Below are positions 10,809 to 22,556 of a stretch of DNA of 35,653 nt, piece after piece. This DNA comes from Octopus sinensis (taxonomy: Eukaryota), in contig NW_021828055.1 in assembly GCF_006345805.1 (NCBI RefSeq), positions 1 through 35,653 on the forward strand, given 5' to 3'. Both the position numbers and the translations under genes were made by a program. Within the stretch, counting starts at the first letter, position 1; each line of letters opens with the position of its first letter. Below the pieces are notes generated by a model. That model was not told the DNA's origin. It did not search any database and saw only the letters and a program-made list of their open reading frames with translations.

Positions 10809-11942
10809 GTCTACAAGTGATGGTGTGCGCGAGTCAAGTGCGAGTAAAAGTGATTCAGAAAACGATTATAATAATATTTCTTTTATTATAAATGATCTCG
10901 ACATTCTTTTCACTTTACATAAAATATTCTTTACATTTACGGAGATGTATTTGCATAGCAAGTGACTTGATCTGAGATCGTGTGCTAAAACAAAAAAAAC
11001 AATTGCAGCATGGAAGATATTTGTAAGCCATCCAAGAACACACAAAAACCGTTAATTTAATTTTCATTTGTGTCAAAGTATTTTCTTCGTCTTGAAAACC
11101 ACGACCTGTTTGTTCACTGACAAAACTTGGGGCTTATTGCCATTTATTGACGAGTATTATATATTTTATAGAGAAAATATTTTTCTGGGAACGAATTACG
11201 GTTTATAACATTGCTGCTATGGAAAATTATTGCTCTGCTTTACGAGTTTTTGTTTTAGGAGCGGTTTCCGAGTACAAATTAACTCGTATATCGAGGCCTT
11301 ACTATATTTAAAAATTATTCTTTGCATAATTTTGTAGAAAAAGCAATTAAAGGGAAACAACTCTTGTCAACCTGTTCCTGCTCTTAAGAGATTCGCAATA
11401 TTAATTTTTGGCTTCGTTCTAACAATTCTTCAACTTTCTTTAGATGTGTTTGGTTAGTGGAGACAAAATTAAATTTCTTTACACTAATCAAGTCGGGAAA
11501 ATTAAGAAAAAAAAAAAGAAAAGAGAAATTAAGAATTATGAGGGAAAATAACACGCTTGATAATATATAATATATTCCTAATATTCGTTTCAAAATTTAG
11601 CACAAGGCCAATAATTTATGATGAGTGAATAAGTCGAATACATCGACCTCAGTACATGACTGGTACCTATTTTATCGACCCTGAAAGGATAAAAGGCAAA
11701 GTCGACCTTGGCGAAATTTGAACTCAGAACGTAAAAACGAACGAAATGCCGCTAAGTATTTCGTCCGGCGTGCAAACGATTTTGTTAGCTCGCCCGCTTT
11801 TAAATATACGCCAGACAAAATGATTAACAGTATTTCGTCTGTCTTTATGTTCCGAGTTCAAATTCCACCGAGGATGACTTTGCTTTTCATCCCTTCGGGG
11901 TCGCTAAAATAAGTACCAGTTGAGTACTGGAGTCAGTGTAAT
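10809..11942 (+). repeat. Copy 1 of a ~1.13 kb near-tandem direct duplication
   Basis: Aligns with 12325-13465 with only scattered substitutions and small indels. Confidence 0.95.
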
Positions 11943-12324
11943 AGACTTAACTACTCCATCGAAATGCTGGCCTTGTACGAAAATCTGAAACCAAAATTTA
12001 TATATTTAAACGCGGCAAGTAGGTAAAATCGTTATGGCGCCGGGGAAAATGCTTAGCGACGTTTCTTCCGACTTTGCGTTCTGAGTTCAAAGACCGTCGG
12101 GATCGGCTTTGCCTTTCATCCTTTCGGGGTCGATAAAATAAACACGAGTTGAACACTGTAGTCGATGTAACTGGCCTTGTGCCAAAATTTGAAGCCAATA
12201 TATATATTCTTGCTGGCGAATAGTTTTGCGAACATATTCCACGGTCCTTCGTAAAAATATGAATGATTCATTAAAGCGAGTCTCTGTCTCGTTTCTTCGT
12301 TGTCGACTCCGCTGATATCTGAGA

Positions 12325-13465
12325 GTCTACAAGTGATGGTGTGCGCGAGTCAAGTGCGAGTAAAAGTGATTCAGAAAACGATTATAATAATATTTCTTTT
12401 ATTATAAATGATCTCGACATTCTTTTCACTTTACATAAAATATTCTTTACATTTACGGAGATGTATTTGCATAGCAAGTGACTTGATCTGAGATCGTGTG
12501 CTAAAACAAAAAAAAAAAAACAATTGCTGCATGGAAGATATTTATAAGCCATCCAAGAACACACAAAAACCGTTAATTTAATTTTCATTTGTGTCAAAGT
12601 ATTTTCTTCGTCTTGAAAACCACGACCTGTTTGTTCACTGACAAAACTTGGGGCTTATTGCCATTTATTGACGAGTATTATATATTTTATAGAGAAAATA
12701 TTTTTCTGGGAACGAATTACGGTTTATAACATTGCTACTATGGAAAATTATTGCTCTGCTTTTCGAGTTTTTGTTTTAGGAGCGGTTTCCGTGTACAAAT
12801 TAACTCGTATATCGAGGCCTTACTATACTTAAAAATTATTCTTTGCATAATTTTGTAGAAAAAGCAATTAAAGGGAAACAACTCTTGTCAACCTGTTCCT
12901 GCTCTTAAGAGATTCGCAATATTAATTTTTGGCTTCGTTCTAACAATTCTTCAACTTTCTTTAGATGTGTTTGGTTAGTGGAGACAAAATTAAATTTCTT
13001 TACACTAATCAAGTCGGGAAAATTAAGAAAAAAAAAAAGAAAAGAGAAATTAAGAATATGAGGGAAAATAACACGCTTGATAATAATAATAATATATTCC
13101 TAATATTCGTTTCAAAATTTAGCACAAGGCCAATAATTTATGATGAGTGAATAAGTCGAATACATCGACCTCAGTACATGACTGGTACCTATTTTATCGA
13201 CCCTGAAAGGAATAAAAGGCAAAGTCGACCTTGGCGAAATTTGAACTCAGAACGTAAAAACGAACGAAATGCCGCTAAGTCTTTCGTCCGGCGTGCAAAC
13301 GATTTTGTTAGCTCGCCCGCTTTTAAATATACGCCAGACAAAATGATTAACAGTATTTCGTCTGTCTTTATGTTCCGAGTTCAAATTCCACCGGGGTCGA
13401 CTCTGCTTTTCATCCCTTCGGGGTCGCTAAAATAAGTACCAGTTGAGTACTGGAGCCAATGTAAT
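12325..13465 (+). repeat. Copy 2 of the ~1.13 kb near-tandem direct duplication
   Basis: Starts gtctacaagtgatggtgtgcgcgag like copy 1 and ends inside the same SINE. Confidence 0.95.
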
Positions 13466-13467
13466 GG

Positions 13468-13940
13468 AAAACTAATAAGAAGAGTACAGTAGGCGGTGGA
13501 AAAAGCCAGCTTCTATTTATGGCTGAAGCGGGAAGACCGAAAATGGCTTGAAAGTCATAACATGCCGGCAGGAAATAACATCACTTGGTGAGACAAGCTG
13601 ACACTGAATCAGCTTCGCTGAATGACAGGTGACGGTCGTTTAGAGAATGCGAGGGCTAAAACTACGCGCCTTCACTAGTCAGTTAAGGTGAGACAGTATC
13701 ACGTGACAAATTGCTGGGGCTGCAAGCTGGAGACTGGCGGCAGGTATTTAAAGGGAAAAATTTGACAAGTTAGTCAGTCACCGGCTGGCACTCGTTGACG
13801 ATACATCGAAGAGGCCAGGAAACAAAAGAAAGGAGACACATCCGAAAGGGGCCGGGCCCCTCCACGTCAAAACAGTAGAGAGTAGGGGCCGAAACCGGAC
13901 GTGGTTCCTCCTGATGATGTCTTGAGCTAACTGGATCCTA
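13468..13940 (+). mobile_element. 3' end of an R2/HERO-like non-LTR element
   Basis: Frame reads KLIRRVQ*AVEKASFYLWLKREDRKW, resembling the A.E.AS.WLW.KR C-terminus I recall for HERO-type elements, followed by a GC-richer 3' UTR. Confidence 0.5.
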
Positions 13941-14422
13941 TAAAGGAGCTGTTGTGGTAGCAGACAACGAAACACGGTTGTAATTCCCCCCACAAAATGT
14001 ACACACGCACCAACTCACATAGCACCCCACCCCAAATAATATACACACAGACCAACTCACATAGCACACACTCCCACATAATACACACACACACGCAAAC
14101 AATATAGAAACACAGCAACACACATACCATAAACACCTCCACAAAATATACACATTAACCAACAAACAGAGCATACACACTCACATAATATGCACACAAC
14201 GGACGCACATAGCATGCACACACACAAACTGTACACGCATACCAATACACATAACAAACATACACACCTAAAACACATACACACCAACAAACAGAGCATA
14301 TAATCTCATATAATATGCACACGTAGCACCCCCCCACCCATACACAATATGCACACAGACCAACATACATTCATACAGCCCCTCATGATATGATGGAAGT
14401 CTGTTGGGGTTTGACAGTGACA

Positions 14423-15490
14423 TCAGTGACGCCAGAGGTGAGAGCGGAACCCAAAGGCGGACGCGCAGACGTGGCCACATGTTGGGCAGGTAACAGCAGA
14501 AGTAGGATTGGAGATCCTCTCTTTTCGGGCTTGTCGCTTCTGGTCCAGGCTCTTGAGGCGCTTTTCCTCGAGCAGCCTAACACCCTTTTGGACAGCTGGA
14601 CGCCAGGTGCTGCGGTCAGAGGCAAGCGATTCTTAGCCACGAGCTGAAATGCCGCAGGCCTCAAGGGAAGTTTTCAGACTGTCCTTGTATCGCCCCAGTG
14701 GCCTTCCAGGGTTTCTTACTCCAGAAGCCAGCTCAGAGAAGAAGATCATCTTTGGTAGATGCGCGTCGTCCATTCGGACTACATGTCCGACCCACCGGAG
14801 TTGGGCCTTCATGATGAGGGCTTCGATACCGGGCATTTAGGCTCTGCGAAGCACCTCAGTGTTGGAGACTCTGTCCTCCCAGGAAATTCACATGATTCGT
14901 CGCAAGCAGCAGAGATGGAACTAGTCAAGTACTCGCATTTGCCTCCTATACAGCATCCATGTCCCACAGCCGTAGAGCAGAGAGGTGATGACGACTGCCG
15001 TATAGACTGCCAGCTTGGTGGAAAGTCTAACGCTTCGTTCGGCCCACACACATGTCCAAAGTCTGCCAAACGAAGCTCCTGCCTTTGCAAGCCTCATGGA
15101 GACATGTTTGTCCATGCTGCAGCTTGAGGACAGACAGCTTCCCAGGTATGTAAAGCTCTCCACGTTGTTCAGGGTTGTGCCCTCAATCTAATCTGAGACT
15201 CAGGAGGTGTCATGCCAGGTGCAGGCTGAAGCATCATTTCAGTGTTTCGCAGGCTAATGGTCAGTCCGAAGGCTTTTGCTGCTTCTGCGAGACAAGTGTC
15301 AAGTTCTTGCAGCAGATCTGGTTCATTCAATGCTGCAAGCGCACAATCGTCTGCAAACAGGAAGTCTCTCACTACGGCGCCCAGGACTTTGGTTTTTGCC
15401 TTCAGACGTCTGAGGTCAAAGAATCGGCCGTCACATCTGTAGCGAATAGTGACACCAGCATCAGACTTTGATAGGGCGCGGAAGAGCATG
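14423..15490 (-). mobile_element. RTE (BovB-like) LINE 3' half: RT C-terminus to terminal C2H2-like finger, degenerate
   Basis: IRYRCDGRFFDLRRL, DFLFADDCAL, FTYLGS, LLYGCGTW, QLRWVGHVVRM, CPTCGHVCASAFGFRSHLWRH*. A CA/TG-rich tail lies at lower coordinates. Confidence 0.92.
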
Positions 15491-15496
15491 GCTCTC

Positions 15497-16928
15497 GAGT
15501 GCTACAGGTACCATGTAGCCCAGTACCACACGTTCCATGGTCGGGTCGTCGGCGACTAAACTGCCAACTCCACCAGGCTTGCTTGGTAAGGTCGGTGCTT
15601 GTTGAACACCCTACGGGACAAAAAAGTAAGACCTGTAAAAGAGTGGAGGAACTACAACGTAGTCAACGGCCATTCAACTATGTGTGTTTGTGGGGTGTTT
15701 GTGTGTGTGTTGAATTTTGGACTCCCTGTGTGTATGTATTGTATATACTGAGTTCTTTCTTTTTTAAATTGTATATATCGTTTAGGCAGTGGGCAGGTCC
15801 TTCTGGTCCTGTACGGGTAGTGAGACGTTCCCGCTCTCCAAGAGTCTCCTGCTGCCTTGCGGGTAGGTTTTTTTGGTTAATCAAAGGCTAGGGAGTAAAC
15901 CGTATCCAAAGCCGAAGTGGAGCCCCTAAGGCGGTTAGGTAATGAAGTCCATCATCTCCAGCAGCGCCTGCAGTCCAGTCGTGGCTAGGATGTATCGTCC
16001 TGCGTCCCTCTTGGCTAGATCAGCTGGACCGAGAGGGGGTGGGGTGGGCTTGCGCAACTCAAGGCCTCCACAGTTCCCTTGTCCAGGATTCAGTGACTCC
16101 ACCTCCTCTACTTCTTCTTCTTCAAAGTCCTGAGGCGATGGGCGCGTGGTGGTTGTGGCAGGTGCAGGATAGCGCTTGGAGCTGCTAGCCATGTACCTAC
16201 ACTCGGGTTGTCGTTCTGCAACCTACTGGGGCAAGGGCATAGTTCGGCAGCCACTCTGACGACGGAGCAGCCCTCTTCAGGGATATCACTGCTTGCCCCC
16301 TTAGGGGGAAGGGTCTAGAAAAGGTGACCTAAAGAAAGCTTGCCCCATCTCATCCTGCCAGCATACCGCCGCTAACTGGTCATATACCACTCGGTCGAAA
16401 CATGAAAGAAATACGAAAGATGAATCCAAAATCTTCCCGCCCGAAAAGTACTTTATGTGTTGGAGCCTGGAGCATCAGGACACACATGGACAACCAAAAC
16501 TGTGACAGACCAGAACGTCGAACAGCACTTGTGGGTTGTGAACTGCAGATATACAGCATTGATGTTGCTGCCCTCAGCGAGACACGCCTCGCCGTCACGG
16601 GGGAGATCACCGAGGCTGGGGCTAGATACACTTTCTTTTGGTCAAGGAAGGCAGCGGATGAACGTAGGGAAGTAGGAGTTGGCTTTTCCATTCACACCGC
16701 CCTCGTCAAGAACATGGAATCCCTCTCAAGAGGAATCAGCGATCGCCTGATGGTGATGAGAACTCCTCTCCAAGGCAAGATGCACCTGACACTCATCAGT
16801 GCTTAAGCCCCAACTGCGACCTACACTCTGGAGCAGAGAGAATTGTTCTATCAGAACCTCACCAAAGTGCTACGGTCAGTTCCTAAAGAATAGCAAGCTG
16901 CTGATACTCGGGGACTTCAATGCCCGTG
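15497..16928 (+). mobile_element. RTE (BovB-like) LINE 5' part: leader, 5' UTR and APE endonuclease, truncated
   Basis: ORF 16402-16806 and its continuation: GAWSIRT, RPERRTALV, DVAALSETR, YTFFW, GVGF, ISA*AP, LILGDFNARV. Confidence 0.9.
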
Positions 16929-17790
16929 TAACGTCAACATCTTCAGCTGAGAATATATCTTTAAGTGCAAGACGGATTTTACCAATTACTTTCAGGTTTT
17001 GGTTAGAGTTGTGAATTTGCGGGAGAGTGTCACGCTCATTCATACCAGTTTCTTTAATTTTCAGCCATTCTATCAGGATTTCATTGCTTAGATCCTCCAG
17101 TTCAGTTGGGGCAATTTCTGTTTTACTTTCTTCATCTATTTGATTTTCATCTGCCTTGGTGTTTATGCTTGGTTTAGAGAGTATTTCACTTTGCTTATAA
17201 GTTACATTGACTCTTATTATCATTACCGCATTTTCATCAGACCTGGGTTAGTCTGTAATTATTTCCACAGTAGTATCTTCTTTACCTGCATCTTCGTTTC
17301 TTCTGACGTTGGCAAGGTTGTTACTATATAAGATCTTACTTCAAGATGCTCCTCTCTTCAGTTTAGGTAGGTTTGTTCAGTATTAGATCTATCTCCCAAT
17401 GACCATTTTTCATTCTTTTTCTTTTGGTTATTTGATGACGAGCTTGGATGGCCATTTGATGGAATATTCCGGTTGTGGGGCACTTCGAGCTCCTGCGTCA
17501 TAGAAAGATTTGAACCAGTATCTGATTTTTCACACCCAGTCTGGTCCCTCACTGGCGTGCGCGGCCCATGTTGACTCTGGTGACGAACGATCCGGTGTGT
17601 ATATTGCTTTGTTATCTTTGAGGCATGATGCGTTTGGACGTTAATATTAAGGTAGGATCTGTTTGTTTTGCGTTCACATTTTGAGACAACATGTTCTCTG
17701 AATGAAAGCATTGCTCATAACATCGCTTTTAAAGGCAAACAGATCTGTATTCGTCTGTATGTTTTCGTTGTTGTTGACAGATTTATCTCC
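16929..17790 (-). mobile_element. N-terminal ORF remnant of a probable R4/Dong-like LINE
   Basis: Degenerate ORF (EILIEWLKIKETGMNERDTLPQI...KIRLALKDIF) resembling the pre-RT region of R4/Dong. Abrupt junction with RTE at 16928. Confidence 0.45.
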
Positions 17791-18315
17791 GGGCATAGTT
17801 TCGTTGCAGTTATTTAAAACTTATGAATTATTCACTCTGTGTTAGTTCGAAGAAAATTGTATGTTGTTATAGTTTTGTTTCGTTTGCGACACGTGCTGTC
17901 ATATACTTGTATGTGTGTCCTGTAAATATCACGTAGTTGTGTAAACATTGGGTGTATGTGTAGTCCTATGGGTATTAATATATGAATGTATAGACATTCG
18001 AGTGTATGCATAATTAAATCAATTTATGAATTTACTGTTTTCTTCCACTTATATTTTATAATTTGTGAAGTTTTCGACGTTGATTTCGCACGTGTCTTTC
18101 GCACATCTTTCACTGAGACATCGTACATGGGAGAAACTGTTTTCCTATGGCAGTAAAATTTCGCTTTTTGTGATTATTTTCGTTATAATGCCGTTTCCTG
18201 CAAGTCTTCCGCGGGTTCCTTTTTCCTATTACACTGGTGTTATTAGATTAGATTTGTATTTGTATGGAGAGTCCGGTGTAACACGCCCATATTGTTATTC
18301 AGCGCGGAGCTGACA

Positions 18316-18565
18316 TCTTCTTCTTCTTCTTCTTCTTCTTCTTTCTTCTTCTGTTTCTTGTTCTTGTTCTTCTGTTCTTCTTGTTCTTCTTCTTCTTCTT
18401 CTTCTTCTTCTTCTTTCTTCTTCTTCTTCTCTTCTTCTTCTTCTTCTCTTCTTCTTCTTCTTCTTCTTCTTCTTCTTCTTCTTCTTCTTCTTCTTCTTCT
18501 TCTTCTTCTTCTTCTTCTTCTTCTTCTTCTTCTTCTTCTTCTTCTTCTTCTTCTTCTTCTTCTTC
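18316..18565 (+). repeat. (TTC)n microsatellite
   Basis: Directly visible. It explains the poly-K/L/S ORFs. Confidence 0.98.
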
Positions 18566-18690
18566 CTAGTCAAGAGGAAGAGCGCGATGCGACTGCAGTC
18601 GATATTTTATTGGTTGAACGATATTTCGACAGATAGCTTGTCTTTGTCGAATTCAGAATGAAAAGTGATAAAATCTCAAAATTATAGAAA

Positions 18691-19930
18691 CTAGCTGAAC
18701 CACCGCCCTCCAGTCGGTCGATTCAGTTACTTACATATCTACACTCCTGTTTGTAGTTTGAAAGTAAAATGTGAAACCTACTATAATTTTCTTATAGAAT
18801 TTCCTAATAGACAACTTTGTAAGTGTATATTCCATTCATACCCTTATACTTTGAGTCCAAAGCCAATATATGCTCATTGTTCCCCGAACCGATCGTGCTG
18901 TTGGCAACATAGCACTGGCCATGGATGAACATAGGTGTTGGCGGGTAAATTCCAATTGTTTCTTAAGTCTGACCTTGGGATTTGTCCTTTCAAAAGCCAG
19001 TTTCAGAGGAAACTGCTTCCTGGAAAATGAGAACGGATAGTCTTCAGTGGTGGTCAGTGGAATTCGTGGTATCATTATTCGGATTCCAGCATGTGTCCCA
19101 TCGGCCACATCTGCTTCAATAAGGTGGTTGTGCAAATTCACGACCATATATCTTGTTCCGTTACAGTGACCTCCTGCTGGATCAAGGTTTCTGAGCAGCA
19201 TAATTGAAGAGTGCTTCTTCAAAACCAAAATGTATGGTGGAAATCCTGATGAGTTGAGATCATTGATCAGTTCCGGCGGGAACTCAGTCTCGTTTTCGTA
19301 TAAAGTATCACAGCTTTGATAAGTTCTACTATATCCTCGTAGAAGTTTTGACATGACAACTTTATTACTTTTTCAGCAGCCTTGTTTGTAGGAATAATGA
19401 TGGCTCTGCTGCTTATCCATAGACCCTCTCTATATTTATCCTCAATAGCCCTGAAGACCACTTCACAAAGATCCTGTAGCTTTGTAGAGTCAATCAAATG
19501 CGGTGGGGCTATAGATATTTTGTATTCACAAATTTCTTTATTGAGAGAAAATGTTCTATTCCCCAGCTGGTCAAGATAGGGTGCGAATGTAGTGTCAACA
19601 CCGCAAGAATTTCGGACTCTCATATTGACAGACAACTGAAAGCTTTGGACATGGTTCCAAATGTATGACTGTTTTAATATGGCATGAACAATCTGGACTC
19701 TGTAACCTCTTTGCACCAAGCGCAAGATCTGCTTCCATTCTCCAGAAAACAAAACAGTCAGACCGCCAAACAGCTTATCTGGTTGTTGTCAAACTTCTCT
19801 AGGACTGCGATCAACACAATCATAGACATGCCTCTGGCCCATTGTAACCTCATCAATTACCTCTGGAATCACTTATTTTCATATGGCACATAAATTCTTC
19901 TGTAATTCGCAATGGAATACTGCATCTGGA
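18691..19930 (-). mobile_element. Helitron remnant: PIF1-like helicase C-terminus and probable 3' end
   Basis: IDEVTMG, FGGLTVLFSGEWKQIL, AIIIPTNK, IMLLRNLDPAGGHCNGTRY, IPRIPL, RKQFPLKLAF. Ends with an ACCG..CGGT hairpin, then CTAG|T at 18691. Confidence 0.85.
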
Positions 19931-19934
19931 TTTG

Positions 19935-20410
19935 AACTCTAGCTTTATCTAGTGTGATGCTGCTACTCTTAAGTAGATCCCATCTTTTCAAGGTTGCTTT
20001 GGCACATTTTTCTAAGCCAAATTTCATATTTATTTGTTTGGTAAATCCATGTACTGTCTGTAGTATTGATTCCAGGTGTTTATCATTTGTAGTCTACAGT
20101 GTTAGGTCATCCATATATAAGAGGTGGCTGATTGTTTTGCCGTAACAGTCGTATCCGCTTTCAGTTCTGTCAGGTAAAGGTGTCAGTGTGAAACATATAA
20201 GGAGTGGAGAGAGCGTGTCTCCCTGGAATTTTCCTCTTCTAATGGGGATGGCTTTGGTTTTTATGAATCCCTCTTTTGTTTGGAGCTGTAGCAAGGTCTG
20301 CCATTTATTTATGGAATGTGTTATACATTTTATGATTATTAGTGCCACCTTGTTCATGGCTGGTGTTTCTAGGATCCATGTGTGGGGAATGCTATCAAAC
20401 ACCTTTCGGT
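19935..20410 (-). mobile_element. R4/Dong-like RT fragment
   Basis: YRKVFDSIPHTWI, FQGDTLSPLL, HLLYMDDL, FGLEKCAK. Homologous to 26856-27060. Confidence 0.85.
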
Positions 20411-22512
20411 AGTACAACCTGTTATATGGTCGGGTTGTCGGCAACTAAACCGGTAACCCCACAATGGCTTGCTTGGTGAGGTGGGTATTTGGTGGATGCC
20501 CTGCGGGACAGAAAATAAGACATGTCAAAGGGCGGAGGAACTACAGCGTAGTCAACGGCCATTCAACAACGTATGTTTGTGGATGTGCGTGTGGAGTGTT
20601 TAAGTTTGTGTGTATGTGTTGTAAATATTGCATTTAAAACCTGTGTGCCTATCTGTATGTACTGTATATATTGTATTTCAAGCTGTTTGTGTGCATATTG
20701 TATATTGTGTTTTACATTGTATATATTGTATGTCAATTTTATTCTTAATTTTATTTTTCTTATCTTAGTCTTTTTTAAATAAATAGATGAGGGTTGGATA
20801 GGATTCCTCTGCTTACGCAAGTCGTGGCGAAGGTAGTCTATCTCGGAGAAAGTAACTCTGAATTTAAATACTTCACTGCTGTCTTGTAGTTAGCCTTTGG
20901 CTGAGCAAAGACTCGGAGAAGAACACTTGGATATAAAATATGCGACTGCAAATGCACCCAATGATCTCGACTTATTATTCTTGTTGGATCATGCATTGTA
21001 GTTTAGAGAGTGGGAATGGTTGCTGTGCAACACTCTTCCTCGTTTTAAAATGTGTCAGGCACAGGTATTGCTGGAGAGGAAAAGGAAATGAACATCTTGT
21101 ATGTACATGGTTGGCCACCAAAACTTAAAAAGGCACAACTAAACAATGAAAGTTCATATTGATACTGAAGCAAATGACAAAAAGGGCTCTGGAACATTTT
21201 GTTTTGTGGTTTGGCCCGGCAGGTGTCCCAGGGCACGACAACCTGGATCTGGTCGTCATCTTGCAACTGTGAGTAAATTCAGGTTAAGATGCAAGCCTTT
21301 GAATATAGGATGTTGGAATGTTCGAATGTTAGACAATGATTGTCTGAAATTTCGTCCGGAGAGGAGATCCGCGCTTGTTGAAAAAGAGTTACAGCGACAT
21401 GAATGTTGTAGAGTTAGCCGAAACAAAAATTCATGGAAAGTGGGATTTGGTAGAGAAATCTGCTGTGTATCATTTATTTTGGAGCAGTAGAGAGGAGACC
21501 TATAAGACAGAATCAAGAGTGGGATTTACTATCAAAACCACTTTGGTTTCAAACCTTGAGGAACTACCATGTGATAATTCTGATCGTTTGATGTCTTCAA
21601 CACCTCCATTAAGAAAAGGTCGCTATGCAACACTCATTACTGCATATGCTTAAACTATATCTTATATAGATCCCTTCAGTGCAATCTTCAAAAGCTATTT
21701 GAAAGACTATTGCAAAATACATAGCAAACACCATTTTACACCATTTTATAGAGAAACTGGATCTGATAAGGTACCTCCAACATTAGCTCTCACTTCTGTC
21801 TTGTCATGAAATTGTCTAAGCATTCTTACAAATTTTTCAGGGCATCCTAGCCTTTTCAGGATCTCCCAAAGTGCAATTCCATTGATAGAATCAAACGCTT
21901 TTGTTAGATCATTGAAAATCTGGTATACGTCCATATCCTGTTCGATGTACTTCTCTTGCTAAAAATATCATATCCATAGTACTCCTTCTATCCCTAAACT
22001 CACATTGCGATTCTGGTAGAACCTCATCAGCAATGTGCAGAAACAATCTGTCCAGCATTACTCTACAAAGGGCCTTTCCAGCAACAACTAACAGATACCG
22101 CGATAATTATCACAGACATCGTTTCCATAGTTGATTCACGCCAATCCGGAGGAACCTCTTCACTATGCCAAACCGTCTGAATCACATCTGTCAACATTGT
22201 ACAGTGATGATCACCACCATATTTATATATCTCTGTACCTAGTCCATCCATGCCATGAGCATTTCCATAGTTCAATTTCCTGATAGCTGCTTTTATTTCA
22301 ACCAGGTTTGGAACTTCTGCTATAAGATGTTTTATTGGTCTCCCAGATATATTATCAAGAAAAGAGAGGTCAACTTTAGTAGGTCTTTTGAGCAAATCGT
22401 CAAAATGTTCTTTCCATCTCCCAACAATATCTTTAGGATTTGTTAATAATTCTGTACCATCCTCGCTCCGAAGCGGCGCAACCTTTGATGACACTGGTCC
22501 AGAAACTTTTTT

Positions 22513-22556
<44 letters not shown>

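Noticed and set aside
10750-10965. Plus-strand Ser-rich ORF with a possible aacAG acceptor
   Set aside because: No recognisable homology, no good donor, and its 5' part is absent from duplicate copy 2.
11095-11143. ATGGCAATAAGCCCCAAGTTT... as MDH1B exon 1
   Set aside because: In-frame TGA before a weak GTCGTG donor in both duplicate copies. It would need a base removed and does not match MAKFV.AG well.
13855-13985. GAAACCGGAC...CTGATGA...GAAA cluster in the HERO-like UTR
   Set aside because: Wrong cleavage triplet (no U16.1) and stem II out of register.
15630-15660. AAAAGAGTGGAGG resembling the 3' end of a twister ribozyme
   Set aside because: The conserved GUCCCAAGCC loop and UAA/P2 arrangement are missing.
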